Shown here piece by piece: positions 27,584 through 36,224 of a stretch of DNA of 64,000 nucleotides (positions are counted from its first letter, which is position 1; every line of letters begins with the position of its first letter). This DNA is from Candidatus Aenigmatarchaeota archaeon. Lineage in GTDB: Archaea; Aenigmatarchaeota; Aenigmatarchaeia; GW2011-AR5. The stretch is from positions 39,312-103,311 of the forward strand of contig JACPAG010000003.1 of NCBI GenBank assembly GCA_016180945.1, written 5' to 3'. The notes beneath the pieces are model-generated. The model was given only the letters and a program-made list of their open reading frames with translations, was not told where the DNA came from and made no database searches. The position numbers and the translations under genes were made by a program.

Positions 27584-28534
27584 ATGGATGTTATGTTACG
27601 AAATCAGTTAAACAATACCCTTGCCGAGACAAGCTTTTCTTTCGGGAAATTGTACCGCGGCAAAGTAAGGGACAATTATACAATAAACGGCAGGAGAATA
27701 ATCATTTGCACCGACAGGCTGTCCGCTTTCGACAAGATTATATGTACCATCCCTTTCAAGGGGCAGGTTCTAAACCAGCTGGCTGCCTTCTGGTTCAACG
27801 AGACAAGGCGCATAGCCAAAAATCATCTCATAGAAATGCCAGATGCCAACGCTATCATTGCTAAAGAATGCAAGCCGATTCCAATAGAAATGATAGTCCG
27901 CAGATACATCACAGGCGTCACCAAAACGTCATTGTGGTTCAACTATTCCAAAGGCGAGAGAAAATTTTTCAGCGCAGTGCTTCCGAACAATCTGAAAAAA
28001 GACCAGAAACTGGGCGAGCCTATTATTACGCCGACGACAAAAATGGAAAAGCACGACAGGAATTTGTCAAGGAACGAGATAGAAAAATTCGTCCCGGTGG
28101 ACATATTCCGCCAGATGGAAGAAACATCCTTCAGGCTGTTTGAGTTCGGCTCAGGGCTCGCAGAAAGCCGCGGCCTGATACTCGTCGATACAAAATACGA
28201 GTTCGGCCTGTGCGACGGCGAATTAACGCTGATAGACGAGATGCATACGCCTGACTCGTCCCGTTTCTGGTTTGCGAACACTTATGAAAAATTATTTTCG
28301 CAGGGCCAGCCGCAGCGGGAACTGGACAAAGAATACGTGAGAAGATGGCTCGCTTCAAAGGGCTTTTTGGGCGAAGGTCCTGTTCCTGCAGTTCCGGAAG
28401 ACGTCAGGATAGAAGCGGCAAAAAGATACATAGAGGCTTTTGAAATCCTCACGGACAAAAAATTCGAGCCGGACACCAGAGATGCATCAAAACGGATTGA
28501 AAAAAATCTGATGAAAAAGGGTTATATAGAATAA
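27584..28534 (+). CDS. purC: SAICAR synthetase
   Basis: GKVRD, DRLSAFD, ITPTTK, LVDTKYEFG, DEMHTPDSSRFW, DKEYVR. Confidence 0.96.
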   Translation: MDVMLRNQLNNTLAETSFSFGKLYRGKVRDNYTINGRRIIICTDRLSAFDKIICTIPFKGQVLNQLAAFWFNETRRIAKNHLIEMPDANAIIAKECKPIPIEMIVRRYITGVTKTSLWFNYSKGERKFFSAVLPNNLKKDQKLGEPIITPTTKMEKHDRNLSRNEIEKFVPVDIFRQMEETSFRLFEFGSGLAESRGLILVDTKYEFGLCDGELTLIDEMHTPDSSRFWFANTYEKLFSQGQPQRELDKEYVRRWLASKGFLGEGPVPAVPEDVRIEAAKRYIEAFEILTDKKFEPDTRDASKRIEKNLMKKGYIE

Positions 28535-28538
28535 TAAT

Positions 28539-28654
28539 CTGGCTATCGACTAGGAACAAACCGACGCAGAACAGACCGACGCAAGACAAATAGACGCACA
28601 GCAGTGCGTCAGTCTGGTTTGCGTCAAGTTGTCTTGTGTCTAGGTGTGTGGGAT
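28539..28654 (+). repeat. Expanded R1 element with nested GACGCA hairpin cargo upstream of purB
   Basis: CTGGCTATCGACTAG...GACGCA x3...TGCGTC x2...CTAGGTGTGTGGGATA-ATG; cargo resembles 61173-61217. Confidence 0.65.
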
Positions 28655-28655
28655 A

Positions 28656-30023
28656 ATGACCGTTGATATTTTCGACTCCATCTCTCCATTGGACTACAGG
28701 TACAGCAGGACAGAAATAGTCAGAAAGCTTTCAAAATACCTTTCCGAGAATGCAAAAGTAAAATATCAGGCAATGGTCGAATGCGCTGCAGCAAAAGTTC
28801 TGGAGAAGGAAAGCCTCTGCCCGAAGGCAGCAGCCGAAGAGATATGCGCAGCGTGCCAGAAAATATCCGCATCGGAAGTTTACGAGGAAGAGGAAAAAAC
28901 AAAGCATGACATACGTGCATTGGCAAATTGCATAAGAAACCGCGTCAGCGAAGCCGCAAAGCCTTTCGTCCACTTCGGCCTCACGTCCTACGATGTCGTT
29001 AACACAGCAGACGCTCTGCGTTACAAGGAATGCGCAGAAGCCGTTATAATCCCGGCTTTGCTGGAGCTTGAAAAAACACTGATATCAATAGCCAGAAATG
29101 AGAAAAATACGCTGCAGATAGGCAGGACTCACGGCCAGCATGCGGAGCCGATAACGTTCGGCTTCGCGTTAGCCGAATATGTAGACCGTATCGGAAACCG
29201 GATAATCGAACTGAAAAAATCTGCAGACGGCCTGAGGGGCAAAATATCCGGCGCGGTAGGCGCTTATAATTCGCTGTCGTTGTTTTTCGGCGACCCCGAA
29301 GAATTTGAAAAAGAAGTTTTGAACGAGCTCGGCTTAAAGCCGGCGCTGCATTCAAAGCAGATTGTCGAACCCGAATTCGTTCTGGATTTTCTGCATCACA
29401 TAGTTTCCTGCTTCGGAATTCTGGCCAACCTGTCAGACGATATGCGTCATCTGCAGCGGTCCGAAATAGCCGAGGTAAGCGAAGCCTTTGGAGAAGCCCA
29501 GGTCGGTTCGTCAACAATGCCGCACAAAAGAAATCCCGTAAGCTTTGAAAATGTCAAAAGCCTGTGGAAGTCCACGATGCCGAGGCTGATGACAGTTTAC
29601 ATGGACCAGATTTCCGAGCACCAGCGCGACCTTACAAATTCAGCTTCTTCGCGTTTTATCCCGGAAATTCTGGCAGCGTTTGCAATAACCATCGAGAGGA
29701 TGAACAAGACGATGGCGAAGCTGGCTGTTGACAAGGCAGGCATGGCAAGAAATTTCGATAAGAGCAAGGATGCAATTATCGCAGAGCCGCTATATCTATT
29801 GCTCGCTTTTTACAGCCATCCGGACGCCCACGAAGCCGTGAGAAAGCTTTCTTCCGAGTCCAACCTTCTGGAACTTGCCGAGAAAAATTTCCCCGCCTAC
29901 TTCAAAAAATTCACGCCGAAACAGGTTGATATACTGAAAAACCCTCAAAAATATACGGGCCTGTCGGAAAAGAAAACCGAGGATGTCTGCAGTTCCTGGG
30001 AAAAGAAACTGGGCATAAAGTGA
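28656..30023 (+). CDS. purB: Adenylosuccinate lyase
   Basis: SPLDYRY, HFGLTSYD, GRTHGQHA, GSSTMPHKRNP. Confidence 0.97.
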   Translation: MTVDIFDSISPLDYRYSRTEIVRKLSKYLSENAKVKYQAMVECAAAKVLEKESLCPKAAAEEICAACQKISASEVYEEEEKTKHDIRALANCIRNRVSEAAKPFVHFGLTSYDVVNTADALRYKECAEAVIIPALLELEKTLISIARNEKNTLQIGRTHGQHAEPITFGFALAEYVDRIGNRIIELKKSADGLRGKISGAVGAYNSLSLFFGDPEEFEKEVLNELGLKPALHSKQIVEPEFVLDFLHHIVSCFGILANLSDDMRHLQRSEIAEVSEAFGEAQVGSSTMPHKRNPVSFENVKSLWKSTMPRLMTVYMDQISEHQRDLTNSASSRFIPEILAAFAITIERMNKTMAKLAVDKAGMARNFDKSKDAIIAEPLYLLLAFYSHPDAHEAVRKLSSESNLLELAEKNFPAYFKKFTPKQVDILKNPQKYTGLSEKKTEDVCSSWEKKLGIK

Positions 30024-30700
30024 AGACAAAGATTCCTATAGCTTCAGCCACAAAGCGAATGATAATTGAAACAATGACTGATGTCTCTGCTTTACCTGAG
30101 ATGATTATGGTGGCACATTCAACAAAATCTTCTATAAGAATCAAAATCCTAGCACTACGTAACCCCCTGTCGATAGAAGAAATAAAGGAAAAAAGTGCAT
30201 CCATAAAAGAAAAACTGTTTTCTATGGAAGTATTCAGGAATTCAAAAGTAGTTTTTTTCTATGTATCCGTTGGGAGTGAGGTACAGACACATGATATGAT
30301 AAAAGAAATATTGGATAAAAAAAAGGTTGCTGTTCCGATGCCGGAAAAAGCAAACAAAACCCTGTCGGCTTCGGAGTTACTTAATTTTAACGAATTAGAA
30401 CCGGGTTCTTTCTCCATACTAGAACCAAAAAAAGAATTTGTAAGAATAGTTAACCCAAAAGATTTGGATTTGGTCGTTGTTCCCGGGATAGCATTTGACA
30501 AAAAAGGGAACAGAATCGGTCACGGCCGCGGTTATTTTGACAGGTTTCTGGAAAATATATCAGTGCCAAAAATTGCCCTTGCATATGAAATGCAGATTGT
30601 AGATAACATACCGGCAGACAAAAATGATGTCGGTGTGGATTTCATTGTAACGGAAAAAAGAATTATCAGATGCGAAAAAGAAGATAAAAGAGGAAATTGA
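30020..30700 (+). CDS. 5-formyltetrahydrofolate cyclo-ligase
   Basis: SEVQT, ILEP, VVPGIAFD..GNRIGHGRGYFDRFL, DV.VDFIVTE. Confidence 0.92.
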   Translation: MKTKIPIASATKRMIIETMTDVSALPEMIMVAHSTKSSIRIKILALRNPLSIEEIKEKSASIKEKLFSMEVFRNSKVVFFYVSVGSEVQTHDMIKEILDKKKVAVPMPEKANKTLSASELLNFNELEPGSFSILEPKKEFVRIVNPKDLDLVVVPGIAFDKKGNRIGHGRGYFDRFLENISVPKIALAYEMQIVDNIPADKNDVGVDFIVTEKRIIRCEKEDKRGN

Positions 30701-30818
30701 TACAAGCGATACCACCAGTCTCGGACTGGTGGTTCGTGGTGTAAAAAACTTTGTCGTTAATATCAAATGATGCAAGAAGGACTTGCGAGTCCTTCCGATG
30801 GAGACAAAGATTTTTCAC
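30701..30818 (+). mobile_element. R2 palindromic element, long copy
   Basis: About 98 bp identical to 46051-46148; ends CAAAGATTTTTCAC. Confidence 0.75.
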
Positions 30819-31003
30819 ATGAATCAAAAATTATCTAAGAAAGATAAACAATTTCTACTAAATATAACAATTTCCAGTAGACAATTTTTGATAACAATTT
30901 AGCAGATATCAAAAATCTTAATGGGCAATGCCAAAAATATCTTTTTGAATTATACCCAACCTTAAAAAATGAAAAATTTTACCATTAATGCAACCTAATC
31001 TAC

Positions 31004-31612
31004 TCAGCGAGATATACTTACTCTCTTTCCTTCAACCCTTATTTTCCCTTCAGAAAATAACCTCACAGCCCGTACCAGAACCTCCTGCTCCGCCTTCTGG
31101 ACCTTTTCTTTCAGCGAATCCGTTGTTTCATTTTCGTCTATCTCAACAGTCTTCTGCAGTATTATCGGTCCTGCATCCACGTCCTCGGTGACGAAATGCA
31201 GCGTACATCCGCTTACTTTGCAGCCGCTTTCCAAAACGGTTTTGTGCACGTCCTTGTCCATGCCGCCGCCGAATGCAGGCAGCAGGGACGGATGGATGTT
31301 CATGATCCTGTCCCTGTATTTGCCGACAAAATAAGGAGAAACTATTTTCATATACCCAATGAGAAGAACTAAATCAACGTTTCTTTTTTCCAGCTCTCTG
31401 ACAATTTCCTCATCGTATTCCTCCCTTGTTTTATTTTTCGGGTCTATGAATCTGGCTTCTATGTTATGGTTCCTGGCCCTTTCAAGTGCGTACGCATCCT
31501 GCTTGTTGCTGATGACGCACGCAATTTTTGCATCCAGGCCGTTTTTAATTTCATCTATTATCGCCTGCATGTCCGTTGCCTTAGTAGACGCTAAAACTGC
31601 TATGTTAATCAT
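31004..31612 (-). CDS. purN: GAR transformylase
   Basis: LIGYMKI, NIHPSLLPAF, GCTLHFV..DVDAGPIILQ. Confidence 0.95.
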   Translation of the reverse strand: MINIAVLASTKATDMQAIIDEIKNGLDAKIACVISNKQDAYALERARNHNIEARFIDPKNKTREEYDEEIVRELEKRNVDLVLLIGYMKIVSPYFVGKYRDRIMNIHPSLLPAFGGGMDKDVHKTVLESGCKVSGCTLHFVTEDVDAGPIILQKTVEIDENETTDSLKEKVQKAEQEVLVRAVRLFSEGKIRVEGKRVSISR

Positions 31613-32453
31613 GTGTTCCACCAAATTTTTCAGCCAGCATGACTGTATTTTCCAAGACCATCGCAACAGTCATCGGCCCTACGCCGCCCGGCACCGGCGT
31701 GATGAAGGATGCCTTATCCATGACATCAAAATCCGCGTCGCCGCAAATCTTGCCGCCAACTTTGTTGATGCCGACGTCTATCACCACAGAGCCGCTTTTT
31801 ATCATATCTTTTTTAAGGAATCCGGGTTTCCCGACAGCCACTACGACGATGTCGGCTTCTTTCGTATGTTTTGGTATGTCAGCCGTCTTGCTGTGGCAGA
31901 TAGTCACAGTGGCATGGCGGTTAAGCATCAGAAACGACAGCGGTCTTCCGACAATCCTGCTCCTGTTTATAATAACAACGTTTTTCCCCTTGATGTCAAC
32001 TTTCATGTAGTCCAGCATCTTCATTATCCCTTTCGGCGTGCACGGCGCGATAGCATCAATGCCCAGCGCAAGCTTCCCGGCGTTTACGGGATTTAGGCAA
32101 TCCACGTCCTTTTTTGGGTTAATGGAGCTGAGTACGGTATCCTCGTCTATGTTGGGAGGAAACGGCAGCTGGGTTATTATGCCGTGGACAGAAGGGTCTT
32201 CATTCACCTTCTTCAGAAAAGCCAGAATTTCGTCCGTAGTGGCAGAAGAGAATTTAACCAGTTCAGCATGTATTCCGGCATTGTTGCACGCATTAATTTT
32301 GTTTTTAACGTATACTTGGGAAGCCGCATTATCGCCTATCAGGACTATTACCAGTCTTGGTTGTACGCCCTTTTCCTTGAGGCTTTCAACACGCTTTCGC
32401 ATAGCTTCCTTTATTTCAGCAGCAATCCTTTTTCCGTCTATGATAATGCCCAT
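31605..32453 (-). CDS. folD: Methylene-THF dehydrogenase/cyclohydrolase
   Basis: IDGK, YVKNK, QLP, KDVD, PCTP, DVGIN, TPVPGGVGPMT. Confidence 0.97.
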   Translation of the reverse strand: MGIIIDGKRIAAEIKEAMRKRVESLKEKGVQPRLVIVLIGDNAASQVYVKNKINACNNAGIHAELVKFSSATTDEILAFLKKVNEDPSVHGIITQLPFPPNIDEDTVLSSINPKKDVDCLNPVNAGKLALGIDAIAPCTPKGIMKMLDYMKVDIKGKNVVIINRSRIVGRPLSFLMLNRHATVTICHSKTADIPKHTKEADIVVVAVGKPGFLKKDMIKSGSVVIDVGINKVGGKICGDADFDVMDKASFITPVPGGVGPMTVAMVLENTVMLAEKFGGTHD

Positions 32454-32455
32454 AT

Positions 32456-33814
32456 CTAACACATCCTTCTCAGTCTTTTCATGTTTTCAATGCTTTTTTT
32501 TATGTGCCCCGCCGAGGCTATGTCCGTCCTGTTCCACAAATCCCCTTTAACAGCATTTATGCCGTCTAGAGAAATTTCTCTGGCCGCTTGTATGCTGTCC
32601 GCTATTCCGACAGCGCATACCGTTCTTGAATTCATCGCCCTCGTTTTTCCGTTAGTAACCTCCATCGAACACGGGTAGATTCTTATATCGTCGCCATATT
32701 TGCTTTTCAGTTCTAAAGCCTTAGTCAAATCAACAGCCCTGTTTTCAAAAACCCTTTCCTTCCCGCCGTATGTGGGCGGCACCTTGTATGTTGCAACCGT
32801 CGCCTTCTTGTCGAAATGCATGTTTTTGACATTGCCATTAATCATGTCAAAGCATACCTCTACAAAATCGTCCTTAAGAACAGGCATGATGCATTGCGCT
32901 TCAGGCATTCCAAGCCGCGAGTTTATCTCAAAAACCTTCAGCCCGTCTTCAGCACAGGTGAACGCCAGATACATTATTCCTCTCAATCCGTCGCTAGGAC
33001 CAAGTTTCTTGAATATTCTTTTGCCTGTTGCTGTTGCGTCGTCCAAGTCTTTGTTCGTCATGAATGGCAGTATATTACCGGCGTCTTTGTAAGAGCCCAT
33101 GCCGCCGGTATTCGGGCCGGCGTCATTGTCGAAAGCCCGCTTGTAATCGCGCACAGCCGGCGCTGGCACGAGGTTAAACCCGTCTGTGAAGAACTGTAGG
33201 CTGAATTCTTCACCATCAATTTTTTCTTCAACTATAACCGGGCTTGGATATATGGAAAAAAAGTGTTCTATTATTTGTTCGCGCGTATTGAAATGGTCCC
33301 CCCAGACGCCGACCCCTTTTCCCAAGGCGGGCTTGTCTGGCTTGACAGCTACTTTGTTGTCCAGTTCTTCCAGCCATAAAACCAGTTCTTTTTTTGCCTC
33401 TTCAGTGCTGGCATAGTCCTTTGAATCAAAAATCTTGAATCTGGGATTCGCCTCAGGGCAGCATTCTTCTAGCAAAAGCCGTTGCCTCGCCTTGCTGCCT
33501 TCCAGTGCGAATTCTCTTGTCGGGCATATCATCGGCACGCCTAATTTTTCCACTTCGTCTCGCACGCCGTTTATGATAGGATTTTCCGGCCCCACTATGC
33601 CAAAATCTATCTGGTCTTTGTGCTTTTTTGCAAACTCAACAATGCCGCCGACATCTAAATTAGGTATGACAGCATGTTCTTTTGCGATAGCAACGTTGAA
33701 CGGGTTTTTCTGCCTGTCGGCTATGTACAAATCCGGTTTCTGCGGACTCCTAGAAAACGCATCGGCGATAGAGCATTCGCGCGCCCCGTAGCCGATGAGA
33801 AGTACCCCGACCAT
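32456..33814 (-). CDS. purD: GAR synthetase
   Basis: GYGARE, VGPE, LEGSK, GKGV, DYKRA...D.GPNTGGMG, EINSR.G.PE. Confidence 0.95.
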   Translation of the reverse strand: MVGVLLIGYGARECSIADAFSRSPQKPDLYIADRQKNPFNVAIAKEHAVIPNLDVGGIVEFAKKHKDQIDFGIVGPENPIINGVRDEVEKLGVPMICPTREFALEGSKARQRLLLEECCPEANPRFKIFDSKDYASTEEAKKELVLWLEELDNKVAVKPDKPALGKGVGVWGDHFNTREQIIEHFFSIYPSPVIVEEKIDGEEFSLQFFTDGFNLVPAPAVRDYKRAFDNDAGPNTGGMGSYKDAGNILPFMTNKDLDDATATGKRIFKKLGPSDGLRGIMYLAFTCAEDGLKVFEINSRLGMPEAQCIMPVLKDDFVEVCFDMINGNVKNMHFDKKATVATYKVPPTYGGKERVFENRAVDLTKALELKSKYGDDIRIYPCSMEVTNGKTRAMNSRTVCAVGIADSIQAAREISLDGINAVKGDLWNRTDIASAGHIKKSIENMKRLRRMC

Positions 33815-33884
33815 AGCTCTTTGATGGATACAAATTTTATAAAGGTTAAGTAAAAGGCAAATGACAGGGCATTAGAATTTTTCT

Positions 33885-33955
33885 TTTCCCAAGGCTTTTC
33901 TTTCTTTAAACCCAAGGGCGTTTCTTTCTTTTCGAAAAAGAAAGAAAAGGGCTTA
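33885..33955 (-). terminator. R4 post-stop T-rich palindrome after purF
   Basis: TAAGCCCTTTTCTTTC...AAGAAAAGCCTTGGGAAA; related to copies after rps27e, PAC2 and rps28e. Confidence 0.5.
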
Positions 33956-35368
33956 CTTGTGCCTGTTAACAATCTGCTGGTAATGTCTTGCATCGTCACT
34001 TACAATATTGCTTTCGGCCAGTTTGACAAGCTCTTGGCCGAATGGCGTCGGGTATTCCCCGGTCAGGCATGCTGTGCACAGTCCCTTGAGTTGCAGCGCA
34101 TCCCGCAGCCCTTCCATAGTCTGGTATGTGAGTGAGTCAGCATTTATCGACTTGCGTATATCGTCAATCGTTTTCTCATTGGCAATCAGCTCCCCCCTTG
34201 TCGCAAAGTCGATGCCGTAGTAGCATGGCGATATCAGCGGCGGACACGTCGAGGCGAAGTGAACTTCTTTTGCCCCGTGTTTTCTTAGTATGTCGACAAT
34301 GCGCTGCGCCGTTATGCCGCGCACGATGCTGTCATCAACTATGAGGACGCTTTTGCCTTTTATCATATGCTCGTTAGCCGTATATTTTATGTAAGTGTAT
34401 GTGTGCCTGGTTTTCTGGTCCTTCATTATGAAGGTCCTGCTGTCTGCGTACCTGTTTCTGATAAGCGCTTCTATATACGGCACCCCCAGAACTTCGGCCA
34501 TTTTTATTGCAGCCGGTCTCGATGTTTCAGGCACGGCAGCAACAAAATCCGGCACGATGCCCTTTTTTATTATTTCTTTTGCCAGATTCCCGCCAAGCTT
34601 CATTCTGGCTTCGTAGACGTTTTTCCCGGCAAATGTTGATGATGGGTGGGCAAAATATACAAATTCAAACATGCAGTGTGCATGCTTTTTTTCTACCAGT
34701 ATGTCGGCTTCTACCCCGTCCTTGCTTATTATGACAAGCTCGCCCGGCTCAACCTCCCTTACAAATTCCATGTCAGGCAGATGCATTGAGATAGGTTCAG
34801 ACGACGCCATAAAATGGCTTTGGGAACCGCCGAGAAACAGCGGCCTTAAACCGTTCGGGTCCCGGAAAACGAGCAGCTTGTCGTTGAGAATGCACGTTAT
34901 AGAATAAGAGCCGTCAACGGTATTCATGAACTGCCTAATCGTGCTTTGAATATCGCCGTTATTGTCATCGAGCATCCTTGCAATAAGATACGTGATGAAT
35001 TCCGTGTCCGTAACAAAATCCTTCTTGTTTACCATGTCGGTGATTTTGTAAACGTTTGTGATGTTGCCATTGTGAGTCAGACATATTTGCCCGTAGCGTG
35101 ACTGCGCAACAAAAGGCTGCGAAACCTTTTCCATGTCGTCGTCAGCGCTTCCGGATGTCGGGTAGCGCGTAGAACCTATGCAGACATCCGTATACTGGTT
35201 TTCTATCTGCATGTTGCCAATACTGCCGGTGCATTTCTGTACCTTTATGCCGTCATTGGAAAGCCATGCAATGCCCGTCGCATCCTGTCCTCTGTGCGTC
35301 AAAAGTTGCAGGGGAAGCTGTATCTGCCTCAGGTCGACATGACCAAAAATGCCCACCACGCCGCACAT
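33953..35368 (-). CDS. purF: Amidophosphoribosyltransferase
   Basis: MCGVVG, HRGQD, HNGN, CMFEFVYFA, VDDSIVRG, PCYYGID, CTAC. Confidence 0.97.
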   Translation of the reverse strand: MCGVVGIFGHVDLRQIQLPLQLLTHRGQDATGIAWLSNDGIKVQKCTGSIGNMQIENQYTDVCIGSTRYPTSGSADDDMEKVSQPFVAQSRYGQICLTHNGNITNVYKITDMVNKKDFVTDTEFITYLIARMLDDNNGDIQSTIRQFMNTVDGSYSITCILNDKLLVFRDPNGLRPLFLGGSQSHFMASSEPISMHLPDMEFVREVEPGELVIISKDGVEADILVEKKHAHCMFEFVYFAHPSSTFAGKNVYEARMKLGGNLAKEIIKKGIVPDFVAAVPETSRPAAIKMAEVLGVPYIEALIRNRYADSRTFIMKDQKTRHTYTYIKYTANEHMIKGKSVLIVDDSIVRGITAQRIVDILRKHGAKEVHFASTCPPLISPCYYGIDFATRGELIANEKTIDDIRKSINADSLTYQTMEGLRDALQLKGLCTACLTGEYPTPFGQELVKLAESNIVSDDARHYQQIVNRHK

Positions 35369-35448
35369 GTGAAAAACCTTTGTATCGACAATGTTGCTCG
35401 TATTGAATACTTACCGATTCAATTTAAAAAGGTTTCTTTAAATAAAGC

Positions 35449-36219
35449 TTAAAAATTTTCCTTAATCCACTGGACGGCGTTAATAAAAATTTTTCTTCCG
35501 CCCGGCTTTACGCACTCCCGTGTCCATCTGGGATGGTTTGCCGCATAAAGAAATTTTTCCGGATGGGGCATCATCCCGAACACGTTCCCGGTTTCATTGC
35601 ATATTGCAGCTATGCCGCCCGCCGAACCATTGGGGTTCCACGGAAATCCGGCAGCCCTTCCAGTTTCATCGACGTATCTGAATATTACCTGGCCGTTTTT
35701 TTCCAGCCGGTGAATAACGCCCTCTTTTGCCATGAATTTTCCTTCTCCGTGATTGACAGGCAGGTATAGGGATTTTATGCCGCGCGTAAAAATGCATTTG
35801 TCGCTGTCGGCTTTGAGATATACCCACCTGTCCTGGAATCTGCCGATATCATTGTACGAAAGTGTAACGTTCTGCTCGGCAAACCCCCTTGCCGTTCCGG
35901 GCAGCAGCCCGCATTTGACCAGAGACTGGAATCCGTTGCATATCCCTATTATCAGTTTTCCGGAAGAAACGAAGTCTTTTATGCCGCCGTAAAGTTTGTA
36001 TCTTAATTTGTTTGCGAATATCTTTCCTGATGCGATGTAGTCGCCGTACGCAAAGCCCCCGCTTATTGCAATGATGTGGTAATCTTCCAGCATGGGGTTT
36101 GTCAGTGCATTAATGTGTATTCTCTCGGCGGTCGCGCCGGCTATTGAAAAAGCGTGAGCCGTCTCAATGTCGCAGTTAGTCCCAGGCGCGCGCACAATTG
36201 CTACTTTTACAGTCTTCAT
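35449..36219 (-). CDS. purQ: FGAM synthase glutaminase subunit
   Basis: PGTNCD, GGFAYGDY, GICNGFQ, HGEGK, MMPHPE. Confidence 0.96.
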   Translation of the reverse strand: MKTVKVAIVRAPGTNCDIETAHAFSIAGATAERIHINALTNPMLEDYHIIAISGGFAYGDYIASGKIFANKLRYKLYGGIKDFVSSGKLIIGICNGFQSLVKCGLLPGTARGFAEQNVTLSYNDIGRFQDRWVYLKADSDKCIFTRGIKSLYLPVNHGEGKFMAKEGVIHRLEKNGQVIFRYVDETGRAAGFPWNPNGSAGGIAAICNETGNVFGMMPHPEKFLYAANHPRWTRECVKPGGRKIFINAVQWIKENF

Positions 36220-36224
36220 AATCT

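Noticed and set aside
30819..30990. AT-rich stretch with a 27-codon ORF after R2
   Set aside because: Too short and without motifs; probably a gene remnant, not assignable.
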